From the IMG/VR virus record IMGVR_UViG_3300014205_000204, positions 1 through 64,000 of that record: DNA of 64,000 nucleotides; one strand, written 5' to 3'. Shown here in pieces: positions 16,500 through 26,269 of this stretch. Source of the DNA: a virus. Lineage: Duplodnaviria > Caudoviricetes. The notes beneath the pieces were generated by a model. That model saw nothing but the letters and a program-made list of their open reading frames with translations, made no database searches and was not told the origin of the DNA. Position 1 is the stretch's first letter. Every line of letters begins with the position of its first letter. The position numbers were made by a program, and so were the translations under genes.

Positions 16500-17780
16500 A
16501 TGCCGTTTCCGTACTACACCGAACCGGATCACGTTTCCGGCCCGACAGGTTCCGTAGCCAATACTGGCGCCTGGGGCATCAAGGATAACGAGACCGAAGG
16601 TTCCCTAAAGCTCGACATCTCTAATTCCATCGGCATCCTCGACTCGAACGAGTCCCCGTTGCTTGCCACCATCACCAACGTCGGCAAGAACTACGATGCC
16701 AAGGTTGGATCTTGGAAGGGCGCTGGCATCCTCAAGGAAGTCACCGGTTCCTACAAGTTCCAGGAGTTCACTGACTACCTTTCCGGCACGTCCTGCAAGG
16801 TCAGCGGTACTTATGCCGCTTCCGGTGCCGTTACCGTCACCGTAACTGGTGCAGGTGACACTCCGGCCCGCATCTTCGTCCCCGGCGACGTCGTCGTGAA
16901 CGACCGCACCGGCGAGCGCATGCGCGTTGCCACCGTCCCGTCCGATACGACCTTCACGGTCCTCGCCGCCGAGCGTGCCTTCGGTACTACCGTTGCCGCT
17001 GCCGGCGCCGATGCTGATACCCTCACCTTGGTCGCTTCCGCCCATTCTGAGTTCAGCACCACCCCGAACGCCAACGCCACCACGAAGTCCCTGGGCTATA
17101 ACTTCGTCCAGATCTTCAACAAGGCCGTCGCCATCTCCGACATCGCCAAGGCTTCCGAGAACTACACCGGTGACGAGCGCATGCGCCAGATCACCAAGAA
17201 GGGCATCGAGCACGCCCGCGACATCGAGCGCGCCTTCATCCTCGGCGAGCGCAAGGAGACCACTGATGCCACCACTGGCATGCTCCTGACCGCGACCGGC
17301 GGCATCCGTGAGGGCATCCTCACCGGCGGCGCTTACGTCCAGGACCAGACCACCGGCGCCCTGTCGGTCAGCGACCTGAACGCGTTCGTCCGCGAGGGCA
17401 ACACTTACGGTTCCCAGAAGAAGACCCTCTACTCCGGCGGCAACGTGCTCGCCGCGATCCAGCTCCCGTCCCTCGGCCAGATCAAGACTGAGGTCGGCGA
17501 CACCAGCTATGGCGTCAAGATCTACAGCTGGATGTCCGTCGAAGGCGAGATGGGCATCGTCAAGCACCCGATGCTTGTCGGTTCCTACGCCGGAGAGGCT
17601 CTCCTGCTCGACGTCCAGAACTGCTTCAAGTACCGCTTCATGAAGGGTCTTGACACCCAGCTCGTTCGCGACGTCCAGGACAAGGGTCTCAAGGGCTCGA
17701 TCGACGAGTACCGCACGACCGCCGGCCTGCAGCGCACCACCATTCAGAAGTGCGCCATGCTCCGCGGCGTCGAGGCCTAG
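16500..17780 (+). CDS. Major capsid protein (DUF5309/SU10-like)
   Basis: 426 aa with strongly biased codons. QIFNKAVAIS and HARDIERAFILGERK...TGGI motifs; position after the scaffold gene. Confidence 0.8.
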   Translation: MPFPYYTEPDHVSGPTGSVANTGAWGIKDNETEGSLKLDISNSIGILDSNESPLLATITNVGKNYDAKVGSWKGAGILKEVTGSYKFQEFTDYLSGTSCKVSGTYAASGAVTVTVTGAGDTPARIFVPGDVVVNDRTGERMRVATVPSDTTFTVLAAERAFGTTVAAAGADADTLTLVASAHSEFSTTPNANATTKSLGYNFVQIFNKAVAISDIAKASENYTGDERMRQITKKGIEHARDIERAFILGERKETTDATTGMLLTATGGIREGILTGGAYVQDQTTGALSVSDLNAFVREGNTYGSQKKTLYSGGNVLAAIQLPSLGQIKTEVGDTSYGVKIYSWMSVEGEMGIVKHPMLVGSYAGEALLLDVQNCFKYRFMKGLDTQLVRDVQDKGLKGSIDEYRTTAGLQRTTIQKCAMLRGVEA

Positions 17781-17798
17781 TCCCCAGGCAGATCTAAT

Positions 17799-17848
17799 CA
17801 GGGAGGGCGGGCGTAAAGGGCCGTAAGGCTCATACGTCCGCCCTCCTG
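17799..17848 (+). other. Long hairpin after the capsid gene (GUAA tetraloop)
   Basis: CAGG-GAGGGCGGGCGT...ACGTCCGCCCTC-CTG with an inner GGCC-GTAA-GGCT hairpin. No U-tract. Confidence 0.6.
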
Positions 17849-17863
17849 TAAAACAACAACAAC

Positions 17864-18568
17864 ATGTCCGCAATTCACGAGGAACGCGAGTTCAACAAGA
17901 AGGGCGTCATCGCCCAGCTTACCAACGACCAGTCCGTTGGCCTCCGCATCCGCAACAAGGCCGGTTTGTCCGTCACTTCCGTGACCGTCACGACCGCCAC
18001 CGACATCACCCTCATCGACTCCGCAGGAACTACCGCTGTCGATTGGGCCACCTATACGACCATGGGTGCCGTTGCCGACAAGATCAACTCGACCACCAGC
18101 TGGGAGTGCAAGCTCCTCGATGTCGAGAGATCCCTTACCCCGGTTAATGCCCTCGTCACCGGCGTGGTTTCCGCGGCCGTCGTGGAAGGCGTGGGTGGCG
18201 TCTATGACGCCAAGCTCGACACTTCCGCCGCCCTCCGCTATGCCTACTGTCTGACCCCGAATCGCGCGGTCGGGAAGGAGGCTGCCAAGGGCAAGAAGGT
18301 CGTCGCCAAGAAGTTCAACTACGCGTTGAACGTAGGCACTGCCGCCGCAGCCAGCGTGCTTGTCATCAAGCGCAAGGGCACAGTTGAGGAAACCATCCTC
18401 AGCGTCGCCTCCGTCGACACTACTGGCACGACCGTCTTCGACGTCTCCAGCGCCGCGAACTTCGCCGGCCTGACCGCCGACAACGACGCTGAACTCCTGT
18501 TCGTCGTCAAGGACGCCGGTTCCATCGCGGACGCCGGCCTGCTCGAGGTTTGGGGCGAGGTGCTCTAG
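17864..18568 (+). CDS. Putative minor head/decoration protein
   Basis: 234 aa, beta-rich, with capsid-like codon bias, following the MCP gene. Confidence 0.55.
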   Translation: MSAIHEEREFNKKGVIAQLTNDQSVGLRIRNKAGLSVTSVTVTTATDITLIDSAGTTAVDWATYTTMGAVADKINSTTSWECKLLDVERSLTPVNALVTGVVSAAVVEGVGGVYDAKLDTSAALRYAYCLTPNRAVGKEAAKGKKVVAKKFNYALNVGTAAAASVLVIKRKGTVEETILSVASVDTTGTTVFDVSSAANFAGLTADNDAELLFVVKDAGSIADAGLLEVWGEVL

Positions 18569-18591
18569 TCCAAGAGGAAAAAAAAATAAAA

Positions 18592-18674
18592 AAAGGGGCG
18601 GGAAGTTTCCAGATTCCGTGAACCCGCAGGCCTATGCCGCGTGTTCTGCGGCGGGCGGTGCTCCCCGCCCCTTT
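18592..18674 (+). terminator. Branched hairpin/terminator-like element
   Basis: AAAGGGGCGGG...CCCGCCCCTTT enclosing an inner CCGCAG/CTGCGG helix. Confidence 0.5.
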
Positions 18675-18707
18675 CAGTAAAAAATTACTATTCCTAAACA
18701 AAACATT

Positions 18708-19358
18708 ATGCAGAAGTTCGTTTTCAAGTCAGTTCGCCTCCCTAACTACTGCCCGGTCATCAAGAACGGGTATGACGGAAACCAGGCTCTCGGTATCCCG
18801 GCGACTCCAGCCATCAGGGCGAAGTTCACCGACGGGTCATACTCGACCTATGATGAGGGAATCGCCGAGCTCCTGAGAAATTCTCCGCGATACGGAATCG
18901 AGTTCTTGGAGGACGAGACCAACAGCGTGAAGGCGCCTAAGACGCCTGGCCCGAACTACACAAGCATCAGCTTTGACGGGAACTCCCCGGTCAAGTCCGG
19001 AGGAACCCCAAAGGCGGACATCAAGGAAATGATCGTCAGCGAGGCCGCGAGGATCGCGGGTGAGATCGTCCAGAAGAAGCTGCAGGAACAGGAGGACAGG
19101 CTGCGCGCGGAGTTTGCCGCCGAGAAGGCCCGCATCTCCGATAAACCCGTCGTCGGTAAGGTGGACACTGAGGAAGTAGACATCGTGACGTCAGGGTACG
19201 CCGCTACCGGATACATCGGAGATGATGCCCCTGAGGTGACAGTAGCCGATGAAGGCACCCAGTTCTCCATCCCGAAACGGGAGGAACTGGAGAGCGACCT
19301 GAACTCTGAAGAATCTCTTACCCCTCCTGTCATCGAGCATAAGCAGAAAAAGAAGTAG
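18708..19358 (+). CDS. Hypothetical protein
   Basis: 216-aa ORF with an A-rich leader. Confidence 0.7.
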   Translation: MQKFVFKSVRLPNYCPVIKNGYDGNQALGIPATPAIRAKFTDGSYSTYDEGIAELLRNSPRYGIEFLEDETNSVKAPKTPGPNYTSISFDGNSPVKSGGTPKADIKEMIVSEAARIAGEIVQKKLQEQEDRLRAEFAAEKARISDKPVVGKVDTEEVDIVTSGYAATGYIGDDAPEVTVADEGTQFSIPKREELESDLNSEESLTPPVIEHKQKKK

Positions 19359-19434
19359 CGCAGTGTGCCATTCAGGAAGAAACTCACGATTGGTGATGCG
19401 AACGCAAAAAAAATTTGCTTAACACTCAACCCAC

Positions 19435-20820
19435 ATGTCCAAGCGCAACAAGCGACAAGATAGGATGATGAGGGGCCACGCCAAGAACAATGAGGCAGAC
19501 GTGTTACTTGACGAGTCCCGCAACGAGGAGTCCATCTACTCCCGTGAGGCCGCGATTGCCCTCTCGGATAACACTGACTTCGGAGTCATCAAGGATGTAG
19601 ATGACCTTCGCGACTACTCTTACGCCACGGTGGCCGCGCCTGCCGCGGGACTCCCTCCGGCACGCGACATACCGAACCCGTATGGGCTGAAGAATCAGTT
19701 TTCGCGGGGTTCCTGCACGAATCAGGCCTTCTCCGCCCACCGCGAGCACGACGAGGGGGTCAACATGTCAGCCCGCTACGGGATGGCAAGAACCAAGGAA
19801 TATGAAGGGAACACCGAATACGGCGCCTACACCCGCAACGCGTTCATCGTCGGGCAGAAAGCAGGTACCTGCCTCGAGGCGCTCGACCCTGAACCTCCAA
19901 TCGACCTATCGTGGGAGGACTACATCAGCGTCCGGCACATCAGCCAGGGAATGGACGTTGACGCTTCCGTAAGGAAGATCAACTCCTACTGGCGCCTCAA
20001 TACGGTCGATGAGCTCCGTAACCTCATCGGAGCCGACGGCAAGACAGCCGTCCTCTCGATGGCATGGCACCGCGAGTTCAACAGGCCGGACGCCAACGGC
20101 GACATCCCCAAGCCACCGGCGAGCAGCTTCGTCGGAGGGCATGCCGTGAAGGCCCGTGGGTACGATGACGCGCACAAGTGCCTCGACGGCACGGTGGGCG
20201 CGGTGCGCATCCAGAACTCTTGGGGGAAGTGGTGGGGCAAGGACGGTGAGTTCTGGCTCCCGTACTCGTTCTTCAAGGATTATGTCTGGGACATCTGGAC
20301 CAGTCTCGACATCCCGGTGGTCTGTCCCGTGGACAACCGGTACGGCCAGGCGAGGACTTGGTCGTCGTACATGCGAGAGCAGTCGATCGCCTTCAACCCG
20401 TGGCTGAAGTCGAAGATCGGCCGCCTTCCAACGAACCGCGAGATCTCGGCACTTGCCTACGGGTATTGGGGGTATGAGGACGTGTTCACGAACACGAGCG
20501 TCGGCACGCAGTGGCTGTTCATCACCAAGCCCGAGGCCAGGAAGCGCGGCATAGTGAAGGCTGTAGGCGACTCTGGTGACGATTACATCACACCGTCCGA
20601 GTCACTCACCCTGAAGGCCGCAACGGTCGCGCTCGTATCGAGCCTGGCCATCATCCTGCGCAACGCGTTCGGGATCGAGATGGCCTCGGAGATGAGGACG
20701 GCAGTGTTGGACGGAATCTTTGCCTTCATCGACGTCGCCGCTATCTTTACCGTCATTTACGGTCGCATGAGAGCGACGAAACCTGTGTCGCTATTCAGAC
20801 CACGGGAGCCCAAGGAGTAA
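19435..20820 (+). CDS. Papain-family (C1A) cysteine peptidase with C-terminal transmembrane hairpin
   Basis: QFSRGSC, GGHAV and QNSWGKWWGKDG catalytic motifs. The last ~60 aa contain two hydrophobic helices. Confidence 0.85.
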   Translation: MSKRNKRQDRMMRGHAKNNEADVLLDESRNEESIYSREAAIALSDNTDFGVIKDVDDLRDYSYATVAAPAAGLPPARDIPNPYGLKNQFSRGSCTNQAFSAHREHDEGVNMSARYGMARTKEYEGNTEYGAYTRNAFIVGQKAGTCLEALDPEPPIDLSWEDYISVRHISQGMDVDASVRKINSYWRLNTVDELRNLIGADGKTAVLSMAWHREFNRPDANGDIPKPPASSFVGGHAVKARGYDDAHKCLDGTVGAVRIQNSWGKWWGKDGEFWLPYSFFKDYVWDIWTSLDIPVVCPVDNRYGQARTWSSYMREQSIAFNPWLKSKIGRLPTNREISALAYGYWGYEDVFTNTSVGTQWLFITKPEARKRGIVKAVGDSGDDYITPSESLTLKAATVALVSSLAIILRNAFGIEMASEMRTAVLDGIFAFIDVAAIFTVIYGRMRATKPVSLFRPREPKE

Positions 20821-20939
20821 TCACTTCTGCCTCAGCCACAGCGGCTGGGGCTTCTCGGTTTGAAGATCGACTTCAAAAAATCGGATATATTAGCGCCGTT
20901 TCGTGCCAAGACAAAAAACAAATCTTAATCAAAAACAAC

Positions 20940-23099
20940 ATGGTAACGGGCAATTCAAGGTTCGAGAAGCTCAGCACGAGACTTCCCCTGCCTATTTCCG
21001 ACATATCCCAGGCAACTGAGATAGTAAACCACAGTTACACCGCCACCCTGACAGCAGGGTCCGCCGGCGAGCTGGGGTACCTCCAGCTTCCGTTCGGTCC
21101 GGTAGCAGCCGCACTCGGCGACAGGATCGGAACTTCGTACGACACGTCGTTGGTTTTTACGGGAACAGCTTTCGGCACTGAGGTGAGCTTCACCGAGCTT
21201 AACAACAGGTCAGCGGTAACGTACGTCGACCAGGACGCTGCGGAGACTTCCGTATCCCTCTATAATGAGCTGGACGACGGGGAGTATGTCGTCATCTATG
21301 AGACCGGCAAGGTCATCTACATGAGGGACAGCAACGCCGGGACGATAGCCGTCACTTATAAGTACCGCCGTTCGGTGAGCGGAGTAGGAGTCACGTTTGA
21401 GGGTGACATCGAGGTCGGCGCCGTCGAGATCAAGGACGGCGTTACCGACACTCGAGCGGTAGTAGGCGCAAACGGCCTTTATGTCGACGTCCAGGCATCC
21501 GCGCTTCCCGCGGGAGCCGCGACGGAAGCGACTCTCTCGTCCATCGACGGGAAGATCGTCGCCTGCGACACGACTAACCTCGCTACCGAAGCCACAGTCG
21601 GAGACGTGAAGACAGCCGTCGAGCTGATCGACGATGCAATCTACACAAACAGCACTGGTACCCCTTCCAAGGGTCTGCTCATCATGGGAAGCGACGGCAC
21701 CAACCCGCAGGCTCTCAAGGTGAATAGCGACGGCGAGCTGGCCGTCAACCTCGAGACTGCCGACATCGAGATCGGCGCCGTCGAGATCAAGAACAGCACC
21801 GACGACACCAGAGCCACGGTCGGGGCGAACGGACTCTACGTTGACGTCCAGGCTTCCGCATTGCCTACCGGCGCTGCGACCGAAGCTACTGTCGCCACTC
21901 TCGCCACGGAAGCCACTCTTTCTGCGTTGAACGGCAAGGTTACCGCGTGCGACACAGGTTCTGTTACCGTCGCTTCTTCGGCACTGCCGACAGGCGCCGC
22001 GACGGAAGCTACTGTCGCCACTCTCGCAACGGAAGCTACGCTTTCCTCATTAAACGGCAAGGTTACCGCGTGCGACACTGGTTCTGTCACCGTCGCTTCC
22101 TCAGCGCTTCCGACAGGCGCCGCCACCGAAGCTACTGTCGCCACTCTCGCAACGGAAGCCACGCTCTCTGCGTTGAACGGCAAGGTTACCGCGTGCGACA
22201 CAGGTTCTGTTACTGTCGCTTCCTCAGCTCTTCCGACAGGAGCGGCTACCGAGGCAACCCTATCGACTATCGATGCCGACACCTCGTCGTTGGCCGGGTG
22301 CGTAGCTGGCACAGAGGTACAGGTAGACGTCGTAAGCTCAGCGCTTCCGACAGGAGCGGCCACCGAGGCTACACTATCGACTTTGAACGGCAAGGTTACC
22401 GCGTGCGACACAGGTTCTGTTACCGTCGCTTCCTCAGCTCTTCCGACAGGAGCGGCCACCGAGTCCACTCTCGCTACCATTGACGCTGACACGTCAGCGT
22501 TGGCCGGCTGCGTCGCCGGTACCGAGGTACAGGTAGACGTAGCGTCCATTGCCGCCGGAGACAACAACATCGGAAACGTGGACATCGTAAGCCTCCCTGC
22601 TGGCAACATCGGGCAGCAGGCCATGGCAGCATCCCTATCCGTAGTCCCGGCCAATAACATCACGGATGCCACCTACATCGGCGACATCAAGTTCGGCGAG
22701 GCGCTGCCTGCCGGTACCGCTTCCATTGGCACCGTAGGGGAGTCTACGACACCCATCTGGTCAGTCGACCAGTCCGCTGCCCTCGAAGCTTCCAGTGTGG
22801 CTAAGGCATCTGCCGGCGTCATCAGGGAGTTCGACGGGCGCATCGACAGCACGGCGCCGTCCGCCACATACTACATCCAGTTCCTTGATGCCGCGTCGCT
22901 GCCTGCAGATGGGGCAGTCACCATGCTACGCACGCCTGTCAAGGTCATCCACACGACTGGGGCCGACAGCCTCGTGGCAGTCGACTTCCTGGCAAACGGG
23001 CTGACCGCCTCGTCAGGCATCGTCTGGTGTATCTCCAGCACCGAGTTTATTAAAACGGTCGGGGGCAACTACGTCTCCGCCACCGTTCGCTTCGTCTAG
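20940..23099 (+). CDS. Repeat-containing tail fiber/appendage protein
   Basis: 719 aa with ALPTGAATEATL repeats, located in the virion module. Confidence 0.65.
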   Translation: MVTGNSRFEKLSTRLPLPISDISQATEIVNHSYTATLTAGSAGELGYLQLPFGPVAAALGDRIGTSYDTSLVFTGTAFGTEVSFTELNNRSAVTYVDQDAAETSVSLYNELDDGEYVVIYETGKVIYMRDSNAGTIAVTYKYRRSVSGVGVTFEGDIEVGAVEIKDGVTDTRAVVGANGLYVDVQASALPAGAATEATLSSIDGKIVACDTTNLATEATVGDVKTAVELIDDAIYTNSTGTPSKGLLIMGSDGTNPQALKVNSDGELAVNLETADIEIGAVEIKNSTDDTRATVGANGLYVDVQASALPTGAATEATVATLATEATLSALNGKVTACDTGSVTVASSALPTGAATEATVATLATEATLSSLNGKVTACDTGSVTVASSALPTGAATEATVATLATEATLSALNGKVTACDTGSVTVASSALPTGAATEATLSTIDADTSSLAGCVAGTEVQVDVVSSALPTGAATEATLSTLNGKVTACDTGSVTVASSALPTGAATESTLATIDADTSALAGCVAGTEVQVDVASIAAGDNNIGNVDIVSLPAGNIGQQAMAASLSVVPANNITDATYIGDIKFGEALPAGTASIGTVGESTTPIWSVDQSAALEASSVAKASAGVIREFDGRIDSTAPSATYYIQFLDAASLPADGAVTMLRTPVKVIHTTGADSLVAVDFLANGLTASSGIVWCISSTEFIKTVGGNYVSATVRFV
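21850..22550 (+). repeat. Intragenic 123-bp and 210-bp tandem duplications
   Basis: AACGGCAAGGTTACCGCGTGCGACAC starts at 21930, 22053, 22176 and 22386 (spacings 123, 123, 210). Confidence 0.9.
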
Positions 23100-23104
23100 C
23101 TCAT

Positions 23105-23677
23105 ATGGCTACTGAAATCACCCGTGAGGCCGGCTACATGCACGATGACCAGCTTGGCGACGTGCAGACCGCCCTCACGGGGGCGTCCCAGTACACCGAG
23201 GCCCAGGTGGGGGACACGGGGTTCATTATTCCGTGGCTTGCCGCAGGCGCTGACGACTACGTCCAGCAGAAGCTCCAGTTCAGCCACCGGAAGGCACTGG
23301 GGACGGCGATTGAGTCAATCCATGTCCATTACCTGCTGTCCGCCCAGCCGACAGCCGGCCAGACGGTTAAGCTCGACTACAAGTACGCGTGGGTCGACTT
23401 TGGGGCGGCAGTCCCGGCTCTCGTCTCCTGGACGGGAGACACGAAGACGATTACGTTCACCGGAAGCGAGGCGGCCAATACCCACTATGTCTCCGACATT
23501 GTCGAGGACATAGGTCCCCTGAGCGGGGAGCATAACTCGTCGATCCTGCTGGTGAAGGTGACGCGTAATTCAGCAGGTGACGGCGCGGATACCTATACGG
23601 GAAACTTCGGCCTGCTGTACATGGACGCACACTTCCAGACCAACCGATTAGGGTCGGCTAACGAGTACACCGATTAG
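23105..23677 (+). CDS. Hypothetical virion protein
   Basis: 190 aa, beta-sandwich-like, in the structural operon. Confidence 0.65.
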   Translation: MATEITREAGYMHDDQLGDVQTALTGASQYTEAQVGDTGFIIPWLAAGADDYVQQKLQFSHRKALGTAIESIHVHYLLSAQPTAGQTVKLDYKYAWVDFGAAVPALVSWTGDTKTITFTGSEAANTHYVSDIVEDIGPLSGEHNSSILLVKVTRNSAGDGADTYTGNFGLLYMDAHFQTNRLGSANEYTD

Positions 23678-23687
23678 GTGACGACAT

Positions 23688-23894
23688 ATGGACATCCAAA
23701 GCATCACGTCATTAGTTGACCTCGGGCTGGGCCCGCTGGCCTTCGTCGCCCTCCTGTACGGTGGGTGGAAGATCATCTGCGGCCTCCAGACGATGAACAC
23801 GAACCACTTGACCCACATCCAGGATGGCCTTACGAAAATGAATGAGAAGATGGATATACTCATCTCGCACTTCATGGACGAGGGCAAGAAGTAA
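23688..23894 (+). CDS. Holin-like membrane protein
   Basis: 68 aa with a single TM helix (LGLGPLAFVALLYGGWKII) followed by a coiled coil. Confidence 0.6.
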   Translation: MDIQSITSLVDLGLGPLAFVALLYGGWKIICGLQTMNTNHLTHIQDGLTKMNEKMDILISHFMDEGKK

Positions 23895-23905
23895 CCAAGA
23901 ACAAC

Positions 23906-24049
23906 ATGGCCAACAGAAACCAAGTCCAGGTGGGGCAGAGGACGTACGTGCCTACGAGAGGCGGATGCAGTACGGAATCCCTCATGCTCATGGAGACAGG
24001 CGACACTATCCTGCTTGAGTCCGGCGACAGCCTCATCATGGAGGACTAA
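23906..24049 (+). CDS. Small hypothetical protein (47 aa)
   Basis: Manual translation MANRNQVQVGQRTYVPTRGGCSTESLMLMETGDTILLESGDSLIMED. It fills the gap between neighbours and has an A-rich leader. Confidence 0.6.
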   Translation: MANRNQVQVGQRTYVPTRGGCSTESLMLMETGDTILLESGDSLIMED

Positions 24050-24071
24050 TCAAAAATAAAAAAGAGACAGA

Positions 24072-25961
24072 ATGGCAAACACAAAAATCTCGGCGATGAC
24101 TGCAGCCTCGTCAGTGACGGGAGCGGAGTACGTGCCGATAGTCCAGGGAGGAGCGAACAAGAAGGCAACTGTCGACGTTATTCTAGGAGAGGTGCTGCTC
24201 ACGGGTACGACTCCGACGAACGGGGCAGCGGAACAGCCAGCGGTCAAGGCGAGCGGCACGATAGATAATCTGTCCGGATCGTCGGATGGGGACACGGTTA
24301 CCGTGGGTACTGGGACTTACACAAGGCATTATGACCCTGGCATACCTGGCGTAGCCGCCTCCGGGTTCGTCGTGGGTGTCAGCGGTGCCATCGCGGCGGA
24401 CACGGTCACCGTGGGTAGCGTGCAGTACACGGCAGCCGGGGGTGCCGGGGGTACGTGGGAAGAGAAGTCTACGCAGACAGGTATCGGAAGTAAACAGCTT
24501 TCTTTCGGTGGGGACAACGTGGCTTTTGTACCGGGTGGTGAGGCCATATACACGAGCAGTGATTTCGGCACCACTTGGGATAACGACTATGTAGCTAACG
24601 CATACCTGACGTCCGTATCGGTGTCGGAAGACGGTACGAAGATGGTAATGGGTGGTTATGAGAATAATATGGACACAGGCTCCTACCTGTATATGGGTCC
24701 TGTCAATGCTCAAGGCCCATTCAACCGTTTCATGGTAAACAGTGAACAAGAGTTGGTACAGGGGTCTTGCATATCTGCAGACGGGGCGGTCGCGTATGCT
24801 GGTGTAGGAAATTACATGAATTACATGTCAGCCTTAGGAGTCTATAAGACCACAGACAGTGGGGTGAACTGGTCTATTGTCAGATCGTCACTGGCAGACA
24901 ACATCTTTAGCAATTCCCTAAATGTCGCCTGCGACGCCGATGGTTCAGTAGTCATCTACTCTGATTGGGAAAGCTCTACTCCATACGGAAGGATATTCAA
25001 GTCGGCGGATTCCGGTTCCACTTGGGCAGAATTGCAGCCGCTTGGCGATACGGACCATAATTGGAAGGCAATAGGTTGCAACTCAGACGGCAGCGTCATA
25101 GTCGCCTGTGAGAATAACGGGTATGTCTACATCTCCATAAATGGTGGTACGGACTGGACGACGCTGAAGAGTCAGACTGCTACATGGACGAACGTCAGGG
25201 TAAGCGATGACGGTCAGAAGATACTCTTAGGAATTTTTGCAGGGACGGTCTACAAGACAGAAAACCAGGGGTCGACGTGGACCACTGAACCTGTTACCGG
25301 TAACGCCATCGAAGCAAATTCCGATTTCAGTAGGATGGCCGCAGCGGATACTGTCAGTGGCACTTACCTGTACGATTCTAGCGCTACCCTTCAGTGGCTC
25401 AACGGGTCAGCTTCCCCGTACTCCACGCTCGCCGAAGCCATCATTTCCGACAACACCGACATCACGGCCGTGACGAATGCGGACAACGTTGACCTGACGG
25501 CAAGCGTCGCCGGAGCCGCGGGCAACAGTCTTCCCCTCACCCTCGGCGTAGGGAACACGGGGACAATGTCAGTCTCGCCTGTCTCGGGACACCTTGAAGG
25601 AGGCGTCGACGGTATTCCCGGGCAATACGACGAGTGGCTGAACGGCTCGGCTCAAGGCTTCGGCTCGTTAGCCGACGCCATTCTCTCTGACAATGCCGAC
25701 GTGGATGCAGTGCTTGGTGGCAACCAGGTTGACCTGTCTGCCAAGGTGGCTGGCATCGCTGGCAACGACCTCAGTCTCACCACTATGTCCGGCAGCATCA
25801 CGCTAACCCCGGACGACGGGTCCCTCGACGGTGGCTCGGATGTTATTCCCGCTATTCCACCAACCGCAGGCAAGTTCGCCTGCGACGGTAACGATTTGTA
25901 CGTGAACAACGGCACTGACGAGAGCCCGAGCTGGGTGAACGTCACGAACAACATGATGTAA
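24072..25961 (+). CDS. Tail fiber/spike with BNR (Asp-box) beta-propeller
   Basis: N-terminal KISAMTAASSVTGAEYVPIVQGG fiber-anchor motif and several S/T-x-D/N-x-G-x-x-W Asp-boxes. Confidence 0.7.
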   Translation: MANTKISAMTAASSVTGAEYVPIVQGGANKKATVDVILGEVLLTGTTPTNGAAEQPAVKASGTIDNLSGSSDGDTVTVGTGTYTRHYDPGIPGVAASGFVVGVSGAIAADTVTVGSVQYTAAGGAGGTWEEKSTQTGIGSKQLSFGGDNVAFVPGGEAIYTSSDFGTTWDNDYVANAYLTSVSVSEDGTKMVMGGYENNMDTGSYLYMGPVNAQGPFNRFMVNSEQELVQGSCISADGAVAYAGVGNYMNYMSALGVYKTTDSGVNWSIVRSSLADNIFSNSLNVACDADGSVVIYSDWESSTPYGRIFKSADSGSTWAELQPLGDTDHNWKAIGCNSDGSVIVACENNGYVYISINGGTDWTTLKSQTATWTNVRVSDDGQKILLGIFAGTVYKTENQGSTWTTEPVTGNAIEANSDFSRMAAADTVSGTYLYDSSATLQWLNGSASPYSTLAEAIISDNTDITAVTNADNVDLTASVAGAAGNSLPLTLGVGNTGTMSVSPVSGHLEGGVDGIPGQYDEWLNGSAQGFGSLADAILSDNADVDAVLGGNQVDLSAKVAGIAGNDLSLTTMSGSITLTPDDGSLDGGSDVIPAIPPTAGKFACDGNDLYVNNGTDESPSWVNVTNNMM

Positions 25962-25969
25962 GAGTGGAA

Positions 25970-26001
25970 GGCCGCTTCCGCGCCAACCCGCGGGAGCGGC
26001 C
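25970..26001 (+). other. 13-bp GC-rich hairpin
   Basis: GGCCGCTTCCGCG / CGCGGGAGCGGCC between the fiber gene and the basic-protein gene. Confidence 0.6.
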
Positions 26002-26029
26002 GCACCCTCGAAATAACGCAATAACACCC

Positions 26030-26257
26030 ATGGCAAAAACAGAATCCAAGAAGGCCGAGGCCGTCCGCAAGGCCAAGAGCTCCAAGAGGAGCACGGCTTC
26101 CAGGAAGGCCGCGCTGAAGCGCGTAGGCCAGGCAAAATCCACCGGTAACTTCGAGAGAATCTCCGAGAAGGCCGCGAAGAGGTACGGTTCCAAGGAGATC
26201 AGCGACAAGATCGCCGGCAAGGTCTACTGGGAGAAGGTCAGGCGCTTAGGCAAATAA
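26030..26257 (+). CDS. Small basic (K/R-rich) protein
   Basis: MAKTESKKAEAVRKAKSSKR... Start re-called to the ATG at 26030 after an A/C-rich leader. Confidence 0.65.
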   Translation: MAKTESKKAEAVRKAKSSKRSTASRKAALKRVGQAKSTGNFERISEKAAKRYGSKEISDKIAGKVYWEKVRRLGK

Positions 26258-26269
26258 GCGACCACTCAC

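Noticed and set aside
12028-17873. Long antisense ORFs (12028..13419, 16605..17873 and similar)
   Set aside because: These are shadow frames of terL and the capsid gene caused by high GC3 codon bias.
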